This document shows positions 50,946 through 60,645 of a stretch of 64,000 nt of DNA, in pieces; the stretch's first letter is position 1, and the number at the start of each line of letters is the position of its first letter. The DNA is from an uncultured Acidobacteriaceae bacterium. GTDB lineage: Bacteria > Acidobacteriota > Terriglobia > Terriglobales > Acidobacteriaceae. Under the pieces are notes generated by a model that had not been told where the DNA came from, did no database searches, and was given only the letters and a program-made list of their open reading frames with translations. The stretch lies in NCBI GenBank assembly GCA_963758745.1, contig CAVWWW010000002.1:188829-252828 (forward strand). Reading direction: 5' to 3'. The position numbers and the translations under genes are program-made.

Positions 50946-51848
50946 TCAGTTCCCCCCGACCCGCAGTTCGTAAATCTTTGCCTTGGAATGAAACATTTGA
51001 ACCGCTTGAAATCCGCAGTAAATCAGGCCGGGCATACCATCGAGAAATCCCAGGCGAAAAATATACCAATACAGAAAGAGCAGGACGGGTGAACCAGGCA
51101 AGCGATAGAGATTGCGCTTGAGCCATCTTCGGCGTTGGGCCTGAGTGCCGAATAAATCGGCTTTCATTTCGTCAGCGGCGCCTTGTGGGCGCATAAGTAC
51201 GCGCGCTTCCCAGTTCGAGTATTCATTGTGTTTCAGGATGTAACGCGACAAGGACTCGACGTTGTAGTGGATGAGCGGGTGAGTGAGCTCTCCAGTTGCG
51301 CCCTTTACCATGACGTGCTCATGCACTTCCATGTCGGCCATGCTGGGATCCTGATCTTGAAGCCGGCATTCGAAACGGCCTTTGCCTTTGCGAAATAGAG
51401 ACAGCTTTCGAAGGCTTCCTCCGCTGTATCGGAGTCTTCGTCCGAGAAAATGCGTCTGCAAAGCTACGTAGTAGCCGTCGATTTGAGAGTCTTGAATCGC
51501 CTTTTGGATCTCATCCAGTAGTTCTGGCGTGAGAACCTCATCGGCGTCCAGCAACAGGATCCAGTCATACGCCAAGGGCAGCGTGTCCATGGCCCATTGG
51601 CGCTTCTTTGGCCAGCCTCCTGCATAGTTAAACTGGATTACCTTTGCGCCGTGCGATTTGGAGACGGCGACCGTGTCGTCCGTACTGTGCGAATCGATGA
51701 CATACACTTCGCCTGCTGCGTCTAGCGAGTCCAGGCAGCGGTGCAGGTTGCGGGCCTCGTTGCGCACCGGAATTATTACGCTGATGGGTAAGCGGGGGGG
51801 TGCGGAGGAGATTGACGCTGCGGTCTCTGATTTTGTGATCAAGTCCAT
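50946..51848 (-). CDS. Family-2 glycosyltransferase
   Basis: ISVIIPVRNE, VIDSHSTD.T and LLLDADE. It is a paralogue of 36122-36979. Confidence 0.8.
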   Translation of the reverse strand: MDLITKSETAASISSAPPRLPISVIIPVRNEARNLHRCLDSLDAAGEVYVIDSHSTDDTVAVSKSHGAKVIQFNYAGGWPKKRQWAMDTLPLAYDWILLLDADEVLTPELLDEIQKAIQDSQIDGYYVALQTHFLGRRLRYSGGSLRKLSLFRKGKGRFECRLQDQDPSMADMEVHEHVMVKGATGELTHPLIHYNVESLSRYILKHNEYSNWEARVLMRPQGAADEMKADLFGTQAQRRRWLKRNLYRLPGSPVLLFLYWYIFRLGFLDGMPGLIYCGFQAVQMFHSKAKIYELRVGGN

Positions 51849-52043
51849 GCAGTAACAGAGCGAACAGCTATGTTAGCAGCCCGTAGAGCGACTGCCATGG
51901 CAAAACAATCGCCTGAGGGCGTATTTGTGGCATGAGTCGCGATATGCCTGAGGCCATACTCTTATGCCAGGGTGAGGCATACTCGGATATGGGTTCGAAC
52001 GTATGAGTCTTCGCAGGACTCTCAGGTTGCCAGCCGATTTCGT

Positions 52044-53936
52044 TTAGAGATTCTGCTGACACCAGCGCTGCAGAACAAAAAGTGACCAGGGCCGCGACCA
52101 CGAGGTCTTGCCGGCGAGAAAGCGAACCCACACTTCGCGCACAGCATCAGCTTTCAGGGAAGTCTGATCCCAATTGCTGTTGAGGAGCGCATCTTCAACT
52201 ACAGGCTTCATTTCGCCGCGCAGCCAGCGCTCGAAGGGCAAAGTAAATCCTCGCTTGGGGCGATTCACAATCTCTTGCGGAAGCTCAACCTCCAGGCTGG
52301 CTAGCAGCAAGCTCTTTGGCGAGTTCCCTTCGAGCTTTCTTGGTCCCGGGATATGAAAGCATGTTTCGACCAGCGACCTATCGAGAAAAGGCACACGCAA
52401 CTCCAAGCCATGCGCCATGCTCATGAAGTCGGAATCGCGGAGTAGAGTGTTGCGCATGTAGAAGATGGACTCGAGATAAGAGACGCGGTTCACGGAGTCC
52501 AGTGATTCAGCGTCAGCCACAGACTTTCGCAGCATTCCATTCAGGGACTGCTCGGAGTCTTGGAAGCTGGGAGCCGCGAATAACCTCTCGCATTCGTCCA
52601 GGCCAAACAACCGGCGGGCAAGGAAGTAGGGGTGGATTATTGAATCGTTCTCCGCCGTCATGTGAGCAAGCTTGCGATTGCGGTCACTTTTCCCGGTGAA
52701 TATCGCGACAGAAGCAGCGACTGGCCTTCGCGCGAAACTCGGGAGTCGTCCAAATCGACGGACGAAGTTTTCCATTTTCGGCACACGGCGGAAATTTGAG
52801 TAGCCCGCGAACATCTCGTCGGCGCCCAGACCGGTGAGAGCGACTTTCATTCCCGCGGCTCTGGTCTTCGCGGATACGAGATAAGTGTTGATGCCGTCGA
52901 TGGTCGGCTGATCCATCGCAGTAAGAGCTTCGCGCAAAACTGCCAGCGTTTCTTGCTGCGAGACTGGAATTTCGTGATGTTCGGTGCCGAAGCGGCGCGC
53001 TACATCGCGTGAATACTGCCCTTCGTTGAACTCTGCTTCCTGGAAGACAAGCGAGAACGTATTCGTGCGCACGCCATTGTGGCTCAGTACGGCAACGAGG
53101 GCGCTCGAATCGATTCCTCCCGAAAGAAATACTCCTACGGGCACGTCGCTGACGAGGTGCGACAAGACCGCGTCGCGCAGGACCGCAGGCAACTTATCGG
53201 ACGCTTTTTTTCCATTCCGCGATACCTTTTCTGACACAGAGAGCGGAGAGTTCTGCAGCAGATTCCAGTATTCGCGGCTGCGCAGCGATCCGTTTTCCAG
53301 CACCAACACGTGTCCGGGCGGAACTGCCCGCACTCCTTCCACCATGGTCCACGGTTCGTATACGGAGCCAAAGGCGAGATAGCTCAAAACAGCTGTTGGG
53401 TCAGGTTTTCTTGGCACGAGTCCGGTGCGCAAAAGGGATCGAACCTCCGAGGCAAAAACGAAAGTCTGCTCGGACTGCCAGTAATACAACGGCTTGATGC
53501 CCATGGGATCGCGCGCCAGCAGGAACTTCTTTTTCGGCGCGTCCCAGAGAGCAAATGCAAACATTCCGTTCAGATGAGTCAGGCAAGACTCACCCCACAC
53601 ACGATATGCGGCCAGGATTACTTCCGTGTCGCTGTGACTCTTGAACTCTACGTCTTCATGTTCGAGTTCTCGGCGCAGTTCGCGGAAGTTGTAGATCTCG
53701 CCGTTGTAGACGATCCAGTTGCCGGTGACCGGATCCTGCATGGGCTGGTGACCGAGCGGAGAAAGATCGAGAATGGACAATCGGCGATGGCCCAAGGCAA
53801 TTTCAAACGGCGATTGCTTAAGCAGTGACGTGCCGGAATCGTCGGGTCCGCGATGTGCGAGCGATTGGGTGGCTTCCTCCAGAATACCGGGAGGGATCTG
53901 AGTGTCGCGTGCCACGATTCCGACAATGCCACACAT
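52044..53936 (-). CDS. asnB: Asparagine synthase (glutamine-hydrolysing) family amidotransferase, second copy
   Basis: MCGIVGIV and the PP-loop VFLSGGIDSSALV. 630 aa. Confidence 0.85.
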   Translation of the reverse strand: MCGIVGIVARDTQIPPGILEEATQSLAHRGPDDSGTSLLKQSPFEIALGHRRLSILDLSPLGHQPMQDPVTGNWIVYNGEIYNFRELRRELEHEDVEFKSHSDTEVILAAYRVWGESCLTHLNGMFAFALWDAPKKKFLLARDPMGIKPLYYWQSEQTFVFASEVRSLLRTGLVPRKPDPTAVLSYLAFGSVYEPWTMVEGVRAVPPGHVLVLENGSLRSREYWNLLQNSPLSVSEKVSRNGKKASDKLPAVLRDAVLSHLVSDVPVGVFLSGGIDSSALVAVLSHNGVRTNTFSLVFQEAEFNEGQYSRDVARRFGTEHHEIPVSQQETLAVLREALTAMDQPTIDGINTYLVSAKTRAAGMKVALTGLGADEMFAGYSNFRRVPKMENFVRRFGRLPSFARRPVAASVAIFTGKSDRNRKLAHMTAENDSIIHPYFLARRLFGLDECERLFAAPSFQDSEQSLNGMLRKSVADAESLDSVNRVSYLESIFYMRNTLLRDSDFMSMAHGLELRVPFLDRSLVETCFHIPGPRKLEGNSPKSLLLASLEVELPQEIVNRPKRGFTLPFERWLRGEMKPVVEDALLNSNWDQTSLKADAVREVWVRFLAGKTSWSRPWSLFVLQRWCQQNL

Positions 53937-54201
53937 ATGAAGTTTTGCGCGCCTCGTTAATGTGTAGGTTCTTCTTCATCTTATCGCGAAGACAATTGTG
54001 CTCGCTGGCGGTTGCGTCTGTGCGAGTTAATGTTTGTTACTGACGAAGGAGGACCGTCGCCGCTGACCGACTGCTGGTAGTTGCTAATGAGCGTTCTAAA
54101 CCGGACCCTGCGATTGAGCTATTTTGCTGGATGTTTCAATCCTCGGTTGGCTCTGATATGATTTCGTTGGCAGTTACGCAGCGTGCCAAGCGCGCTCCCA
54201 C

Positions 54202-54277
<76 letters not shown>

Positions 54278-54361
54278 TTTTACAGGGGTTTCAGCACTCA
54301 GCTTTTCGCGCTGCCTTCTTAGTTACCTCCGTTTTACCGAAATCGGCTTTTTGCAGTTGCT

Positions 54362-55069
54362 ATGACAGAGACGGACAAGGAGAAGGCAATACGACTGCTC
54401 AGCCGGCAATTAAAGGAACTGGAGACGGTCCGAAGACTGGCGGTCGAGGACGGCGAATTCAAAGCGTGGCGCGCTACAACAACGAGCCTTCTTAACCGGT
54501 ATTTGTCACCGGACTCTACTCACCTAAGCAGCTTTAAAAGCATAAATTACTACGGCTATGCCTTCCCTTCGTCGGGGGCAAATTACCGCCGACATTTTGA
54601 GGCGGGCTGTTCAACAGCAGAAGCAATGCTTCGGGCGATATTGTTCAACATAGAAGAGTTCGGCGTACACGTGCAGCAACCCGCGAGGAATCCTGAGGCG
54701 AGCCCTGGGGCGGTGCACCAAACCTTCCACGGCCCTGTAACAATTCAAAGCCAGGCGATCGCAACAAACAACGCGATTCAGAACATCGGGAACATGGGGC
54801 ACACGGTTGGGGCCAGCCTTAAAGAGATCGCAACACTTTTCGAGCAGAGCGGAGAACTCAGGCAGCGCGAAGTGAGAGAGGGCCTCGCGGGTATTGAGGC
54901 TTTGGCAGTCGAGATTCGGAAACCAAGATGCAACTGGAAATCAGTGCTCGAATACGGACAAGTGGTTTTAGCTATCGCTGACAAGGCTACCGACATGGCG
55001 CAAAAGCTTTTGCCCTACACTTCTCACATTGCGACGGTGGTGGAGCAGGCAAGAAATTTTCTCAAGTGA
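54362..55069 (+). CDS. Hypothetical protein (235 aa)
   Basis: Clean ORF immediately downstream of tRNA-Asn, predicted to be helical. I recognise no family. Confidence 0.45.
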   Translation: MTETDKEKAIRLLSRQLKELETVRRLAVEDGEFKAWRATTTSLLNRYLSPDSTHLSSFKSINYYGYAFPSSGANYRRHFEAGCSTAEAMLRAILFNIEEFGVHVQQPARNPEASPGAVHQTFHGPVTIQSQAIATNNAIQNIGNMGHTVGASLKEIATLFEQSGELRQREVREGLAGIEALAVEIRKPRCNWKSVLEYGQVVLAIADKATDMAQKLLPYTSHIATVVEQARNFLK

Positions 55070-55075
55070 TCCCCG

Positions 55076-55549
55076 TCACGGCCCCGCGTCCACCACGCGC
55101 CTACAATTCCTCGTATGCCAACCGCGACGGATTCTGAGATTCTTGAAATTCTCTGCGAAGCCAAGCAACTTGCGCGGCGCTATCACGCCTTGACCGGAAA
55201 ACCTCTGGATCTCCACACCCTGCGCGGCTTCAGCGAAGCCCGTGGCCGTCACTGTCATGTGCTACGGATTAAATGGTACGTTCGTGAAACTGAAATTCCC
55301 CTTACCATCTGTAGTGGTCGTCCGATCGTAGCCGCTAACCGGGTTATGAATCTCGACGGCGGCATCGGCAACCACCGCGCCCGAAGGGTCCAGGACGGTG
55401 CCGCTAATTGATCCCGAATTACGACCCGACTGAGCATAAGAGTGAAGGCCTACTCCAAAACAGAAAACCACCATAAAAGCCGCATGAAGCGACTTCTTGT
55501 AAGAAGTCAACATGAATTCCTCCCGAGAAACGATTGAAATAGTTCGCAC
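55076..55549 (-). pseudogene. N-terminal remnant of a CarboxypepD_reg-type TonB-dependent receptor
   Basis: Signal peptide plus GSISGTVLDPSGAVVADAAVEIHNPVSGYDRTTTTDGKGNFSFTNVPFNP, then TAG (55262-55264) where Tyr is expected. It continues in frame as HMTVTATGFAEAAQGVEI, then loses similarity. The plug and barrel are absent. Confidence 0.6.
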
Positions 55550-55594
55550 AAAAAGATCACAGGACGGTTCAATGCAAATCGAACCGGGCCTGTG

Positions 55595-55885
55595 TCAATT
55601 GAAATGTGATCTTTTTAGACGCCAGGAGGCGGGCGGACACACAAGGCGAACGCTATCAGGCATTGCTTCGCTACGGCTGTCTGTGGACGGAATGTCGCCA
55701 AGCGTTGAAATACCGGCTTGGGTGTAGGGGAGGCGATTACTGGCGTTGCTGAATGCGCTCGCAATGCAAACCTGGCAAGCGGCCGACTCATTCACATCCG
55801 AATGATGATGCATGGCAAACGCTAATGCGGACCACAATGTCATCAACAGAGAAAGCCAAGCTATTCGTTTTGAGATCGACCGCAT
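55595..55885 (-). CDS. Hypothetical small secreted protein with His-rich and CxxC motifs
   Basis: Signal peptide (IAWLSLLMTLWSALAFA), then MHHHSD...ACQVC. Coding status is uncertain. Confidence 0.35.
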   Translation of the reverse strand: MRSISKRIAWLSLLMTLWSALAFAMHHHSDVNESAACQVCIASAFSNASNRLPYTQAGISTLGDIPSTDSRSEAMPDSVRLVCPPASWRLKRSHFN

Positions 55886-56340
55886 GAGAGCTGCTCAGTG
55901 AATGCGTCGTTTGATCTATACCAAAACTAGAGACCAAAGCAAAGAGCGTAGCCCGACGTGCAACCGTAAACCTTCGTGAAAATTCGTGTTTCACTTTCGA
56001 CGGCCTTGCCTCAATTCCGCAAATTTCGACGAACGAAGGGCTGATCCGCATTCATCCACGTCCATCGAATCCCACTCGCAGGCGGATGCCCACACGGAGT
56101 TTCTGAAATGAGCACAAGTCAATGGGGCTGGTCGAATTTGGTTTCGCGACTCAGGCTTCAAACTCTTGACGGCGGACATTGCCTCACGCTGGACCTTAAA
56201 CGCGGGGTTGAGCTTTTCCGTGGTCGCAACTTCGACCTTGTTGTTAGTGGTGCGCGACAGAAGATATCTGAGCTTGGGCTTGATGCCCTGGGGCTATTGT
56301 TAAATTCTCGCGCATCATGTCCAGACATTTCAGGGTGTCT

Positions 56341-58128
56341 TTAATCTCGGCTTCGACCTCGGGCAGCGGGCGCATTTTCCTGACTTTCGACGAGCGAAAT
56401 ATAGCGATCGATCGGCAAATCGGTATAACGCTGAACCACGGTGCTCGGTTTAGGCCACCTTACTTCGATCCAGTCGATCTTGCTTCTCTCGCCTATGCCA
56501 AGCACTACTCTTGGATCGTGAGATGAGAGATAGCTGCCTCCGCCGATCTTCATGGTGCTGCGTTTCAGATCTCCGGCCTGCCAGGTAATGCGGGCGCCGA
56601 CGGCGTCGCGGTTGCAGGTTTTTCCGGTCAAGCTCAGCCCCAGCCAATGGCTTCCTTTGCCGGCGTTGTTCTTCAGGAGCAGGGGCGCGGCGTCGTTATT
56701 GGAAATCAGCACATCCACGGCTCCATCGTTGTTAAAATCGCCGAGCGCCAGCCCCCGGCCCGACATCGCACGCGAGAAGACAGGACCACTCTCGCGACTG
56801 ATATTCGTCAGCCCTGCTCCGTTGTTGTGGAATAAGAGGAGCGGCTCGCGATAAGTCACGTTGTCGTAAATTTTCTCGATCAGATCGTCAGGATGTCCGT
56901 TCGCGATCAGAAGGTCAATGTTGCCGTCGTTGTCAAAATCGAAAAACTTGAGGCCCCATCCGCTCATGAGTTTGGTGGCATTGGCAATGCCCGAAGGGCC
57001 GGCAATGTCGTCGAAAGTTTCATCGTGCCGGTTCAAGTAGAAGCCGTAAAATTCGTGATTCAGATTCGTCACGAACAGGTCCATCCAGCCGTCCTGATTA
57101 AAATCCGCGGAATCAACTCCCATTCCCGAACGCGCTTTTCCGCCTTCACCGAAGCCAACTCCGCTGGTGAAACCGATCTCCTCGAAGCGGCGTCCCTGTC
57201 GATTTGCGAATAGAAAATTGGCGACCGTATCGTTCGCGACAAAAAGATCGACCCAGCCATCATTGTTAATATCGGTTGCCACCACTCCCCAGGATTTGCC
57301 CGGATTATCTGTGATTCCCATTTTTTGGCTGACATCGGTAAAGGTGCCGTCACCGTTGTTGTGAAAAAGCCAGCTGGGCATCGGCGAATAAACCTTGGGA
57401 TAGCAGTATTCGTTCAGCCCGGCCAGCGCAGGCAGATTGGGAGCGCCACAGTGGTGATGCTTCGACTTGTCGAAGTCGACAAATCTGCACACAAAAAGAT
57501 CGAGACGTCCGTCATTGTCGAAATCGAACCAGATGGCGCTCGAAGCCCAACCGGGCGCGGCTACGCCGGCCTTCTCCGTTACATCGGTAAAGGTGCCATC
57601 ACCATTGTTCCGATAGAGAATACTTCTGCCATACTGGGTCACGTAGAGGTCAGGGAATCCATCCCCGTTGTAGTCACCCGCCGCCACTCCCATGCCATAG
57701 CCTCCGCCGGGGACGCCCGCCTTTTCGGTCACGTCGGTAAAAGTGCCGTCGCGATTATTGCGGTAAAGCGCATTTCTCAACGGATGCGCCGGAGTAAAAA
57801 AATCGCACGGGCCGCTATTGACGAGATAAATATCCATCCATCCGTCATTGTCGTAGTCGAAAAAAGCGCAACCCGCCCCGGTTGATTCGGGGAGGTATTT
57901 TTCCGCCGAACTGCCTGCAGTGTGGGTCCAGGTGATCCCGCTCGCTGAGGCGGGGACTTCCGAGAATGGATAAATTGGAGGATCCGCAGCCCATACCAGC
58001 CGCTTTAGCCGGGGAAACGCCAACGTTCCGGCCAATGTTTGGAGAAATAATGTTCGAAGAAAGTTTCTTCTCCCCGAAAGCGCGGGCCCAAACGACGACG
58101 TCCCCGAAGAAGACAGCCGGAACAACAT
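56341..58128 (-). CDS. CRTAC1-family protein (FG-GAP/VCBS repeats + ASPIC/UnbV C-terminal domain) with Tat-like signal
   Basis: RRNFLRTLFLQTLAG. There are seven or more D.D.DG..D repeats (FFDYDNDGWMDIY, AGDYNGDGFPDLY, ...). The C-terminal GGGSYLSSHDPRV..G is the UnbV/ASPIC signature. Confidence 0.85.
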   Translation of the reverse strand: MLFRLSSSGTSSFGPALSGRRNFLRTLFLQTLAGTLAFPRLKRLVWAADPPIYPFSEVPASASGITWTHTAGSSAEKYLPESTGAGCAFFDYDNDGWMDIYLVNSGPCDFFTPAHPLRNALYRNNRDGTFTDVTEKAGVPGGGYGMGVAAGDYNGDGFPDLYVTQYGRSILYRNNGDGTFTDVTEKAGVAAPGWASSAIWFDFDNDGRLDLFVCRFVDFDKSKHHHCGAPNLPALAGLNEYCYPKVYSPMPSWLFHNNGDGTFTDVSQKMGITDNPGKSWGVVATDINNDGWVDLFVANDTVANFLFANRQGRRFEEIGFTSGVGFGEGGKARSGMGVDSADFNQDGWMDLFVTNLNHEFYGFYLNRHDETFDDIAGPSGIANATKLMSGWGLKFFDFDNDGNIDLLIANGHPDDLIEKIYDNVTYREPLLLFHNNGAGLTNISRESGPVFSRAMSGRGLALGDFNNDGAVDVLISNNDAAPLLLKNNAGKGSHWLGLSLTGKTCNRDAVGARITWQAGDLKRSTMKIGGGSYLSSHDPRVVLGIGERSKIDWIEVRWPKPSTVVQRYTDLPIDRYISLVESQENAPAARGRSRD

Positions 58129-59142
58129 TTACTTTTGCTCCGGTGGGGGGGAACCGGATTGATTCTCCATCGCCGTAGCCGCCTTTCGCTTCACAGACTC
58201 CAGCGCCTCTGACGATTGCCTCTGCAGCGCAGCCTCGCGATTGGAGTCTTCGCGTCGACCCGCGCCAGCATATGCGACAGCAAGTTGATAATGCCCAGTT
58301 GGACTATCCGGCGCCATCTTCTCATAAGTCTCCAGCGGCGCAATTGCCTGGGCAAACTGCTTTGCCGAGTTCAATGCCGTCCCCAAGCCGAGGTAGGCTT
58401 CCATGAATCCGCTGTCTATTTTGGTGGCACGCGTAAAATGCTGGATCGCCGTGGCGTTATCCTTGGCGTCGGCTGCCAATTGCCCCAGCACAAACTCCGC
58501 AACCGCATTCCGCGGATCAATCTCAAGTTCTTCCTGAAAGTTTTTTCTCGCCTGTTCCACTTCCGCCGGTGAAGGCTGCGATTTCGATAAAAGCGCGCGT
58601 CCCAAGCGGGCGTGAATCCCCCGCAACATCGGACTGATCTCTAAAATCTTCCGGTACTCTGCCGCCGCATCATCCCACTTTCCCTGAATTTCCAGTGCCT
58701 CCGCATTCAGTTCGTGAACCTGAAAAGAAAAAGGCGCTTCGCGCGCCAGATCCTGCGAAGCTCGCATCGACAGGTCTGAATACGCGTGTGTCGCGACATA
58801 GAGTACTTCTGGATCGCGTGGAAATTCGTGGCTTAGAACCTCCAGAAAATCGAGCGCCTCATAAGGAACGCCCTGGGTCATAGCGCAATGCAAACCGTCG
58901 AGCCCAATCCTCTTCTTGAGATCCTTATCGGAGCCCTGTCGGATGGCTCTCTTCAGCAATGGGAGAGCCTCTTTGCAGTGACCACTCTCAGCCAAAGCCA
59001 GACCGCGCTGAGCCTCGCCACCACCGGTTGCTGCAGAACCCTTCGCCGCGCCAGTGGAGGTCTGCCCATGCATATCCACAGTCACAACCATCGCCGATAA
59101 AAAAGACAAAAACAGGACGAGACACTGAAAACAACGAGGCAT
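58129..59142 (-). CDS. Tetratricopeptide-repeat protein (secreted)
   Basis: Signal peptide MPRCFQCLVLFLSFLSAMVV, followed by multiple TPR units. Its stop TAA (58129-58131) directly abuts the ATG of the CRTAC1 gene (58126-58128). The ORF is open up to 59214. Confidence 0.8.
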   Translation of the reverse strand: MPRCFQCLVLFLSFLSAMVVTVDMHGQTSTGAAKGSAATGGGEAQRGLALAESGHCKEALPLLKRAIRQGSDKDLKKRIGLDGLHCAMTQGVPYEALDFLEVLSHEFPRDPEVLYVATHAYSDLSMRASQDLAREAPFSFQVHELNAEALEIQGKWDDAAAEYRKILEISPMLRGIHARLGRALLSKSQPSPAEVEQARKNFQEELEIDPRNAVAEFVLGQLAADAKDNATAIQHFTRATKIDSGFMEAYLGLGTALNSAKQFAQAIAPLETYEKMAPDSPTGHYQLAVAYAGAGRREDSNREAALQRQSSEALESVKRKAATAMENQSGSPPPEQK

Positions 59143-59229
59143 TTGCCGATTATATGCCGAGAAAGTCACGGATCGAATTCCAGATTGATAACCCACCAAT
59201 CGATAACCGGGCAATTGATAACCTGACAG

Positions 59230-60474
59230 TCAATTCGGATAAGGCTTCCCCGCGCGAACAATGCGGATCCAGTGGTCGGTAAAAGTTGAATACTGGCTCG
59301 GAGATTCAATTTTTGGCATATGACAGGTTGTGCAATTCTTCGTGCTTACGCGACAAGCCGCACCAGGGTGATCCGCGGTTGTCTTTGCTCCTCGCTGATT
59401 GATATGGCACTGCAGGCAACGTGAATCGTAGGCCGCTGGATTATGCTCCAGCGCCTGATGGGGATCGTGGCACGCCACGCAGGCAAGACGAGCGTCCGGA
59501 TTTCTCCAGCACTTACTGTTTTCAAGCCGGTAAGGCGCAAAGCGGGCATTCGCTGTGCCAATTCGTGTGAAACCGCTTGTCACAACATCCTCCCACGTGC
59601 GGTGGCACGCGCCGCAGAAATCCACCGACTCGACCGGATCCAGGTTCTTCGGATTCATAATCGTCTGCCCACCCTGTTGCGGTCCATCCGACTTCATGGC
59701 AGCGGCATGCGCAGCGCCCGGTCCGTGGCACGCCTCGCAGGTGACGCCAAGTGTCGCGCCGATTGCATCAAATTCATTCTTCGTGACCGAACCGGTCGTG
59801 TGACACGTAAAACATCGCCGGCTATCATCAGGCGTCATACTGCGTCCCGCAGCATCCTCCACGCTGCCGGGGGTTTCGGTCGATTGCCCAGGCGTAATGT
59901 TGAGACCTTTCGAAGACGCGAAAAAACTTAAATGGCTTTCGTAGTATCTGCCATTTCTCTCGTACATATAAGTCTGACCCATGTGGCCGACGCCGAAAGC
60001 CCAAAGCAGCTCCACCGAGATAGGCGCACTATCGTCGCTGCTAACTGTGAGAATACTCTTGCCGCCCTTGGTCGCAATCTCTTCACGGTAGGGACCAACA
60101 CGAAAAGATAAAGAGTCATGCTGGCGAAGTACATCCGCGTCGCCAGCGCGAGCCGCCGCGTGAGCCATCGCGTTGGCTTGCTGGCTAGCGACTTTTTGGC
60201 CATGGCAGCTCGCACACACGGCCGTGCCAACATAACTCTCTCCTGCTGCGTCCCCTTTTGTTGGCCACCAGGTGGAAGACGTAAGACGTTGGCCGGTGGG
60301 CATTGAGATGCCAACCGGCTGGGACCTCTGAGCGAAGGAAGCAGAGGCAACACAGATTGCGACGGACGACGCCAGCAGAGAAGTAATAGTGGCTTTCCTG
60401 ATCAAGGTTAGGAGAAGCGCGGGGAAAAACAGATAACCGCAAGGATTCTCAGCCGCATCAGCTCGTGCAGACAT
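59230..60474 (-). CDS. Multihaem c-type cytochrome (seven CxxCH motifs)
   Basis: CASCH, CFTCH, CEACH, CGACH, CVACH, CLQCH and CTTCH, with an N-terminal hydrophobic signal/anchor. Confidence 0.8.
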   Translation of the reverse strand: MSARADAAENPCGYLFFPALLLTLIRKATITSLLASSVAICVASASFAQRSQPVGISMPTGQRLTSSTWWPTKGDAAGESYVGTAVCASCHGQKVASQQANAMAHAAARAGDADVLRQHDSLSFRVGPYREEIATKGGKSILTVSSDDSAPISVELLWAFGVGHMGQTYMYERNGRYYESHLSFFASSKGLNITPGQSTETPGSVEDAAGRSMTPDDSRRCFTCHTTGSVTKNEFDAIGATLGVTCEACHGPGAAHAAAMKSDGPQQGGQTIMNPKNLDPVESVDFCGACHRTWEDVVTSGFTRIGTANARFAPYRLENSKCWRNPDARLACVACHDPHQALEHNPAAYDSRCLQCHINQRGAKTTADHPGAACRVSTKNCTTCHMPKIESPSQYSTFTDHWIRIVRAGKPYPN

Positions 60475-60580
60475 ATTTACGACTTAAGGCTGAACCACTC
60501 CCTCAACTCCCCAAACGGCTGCTATTGTCCGCTCGCTCCACTCTTCGAGTCAACGCGAAAAAGCAAGTTGGACTAGTCTT

Positions 60581-60620
60581 GAAAAAAATAAAGACGGCAG
60601 GCTCACTCCCAGCGCCTGCC
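60581..60620 (-). terminator. Rho-independent terminator downstream of the TonB-dependent receptor
   Basis: On the - strand: GGCAGGC-GCTGGGAGTGA-GCCTGCC, followed by GTCTTTATTTTTTTC. It begins 25 nt after the receptor stop codon. Confidence 0.65.
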
Positions 60621-60645
60621 GCGTTTTCAAATGCCACTCGCTCGG

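Noticed and set aside
51868-52131. An 87-aa ORF spanning the asnB (52044) 3' end and the intergenic gap.
   Set aside because: It overlaps the conserved asnB C-terminus out of frame, and the remaining part is short and featureless.
54126-54162. Possible sigma-70 promoter for tRNA-Asn (TTCAAT-16 nt-TATGAT, -10 at 54157-54162).
   Set aside because: The -35 element matches the consensus at only 3 of 6 positions. It is plausible but not supportable from sequence alone, so it is not listed as a feature.
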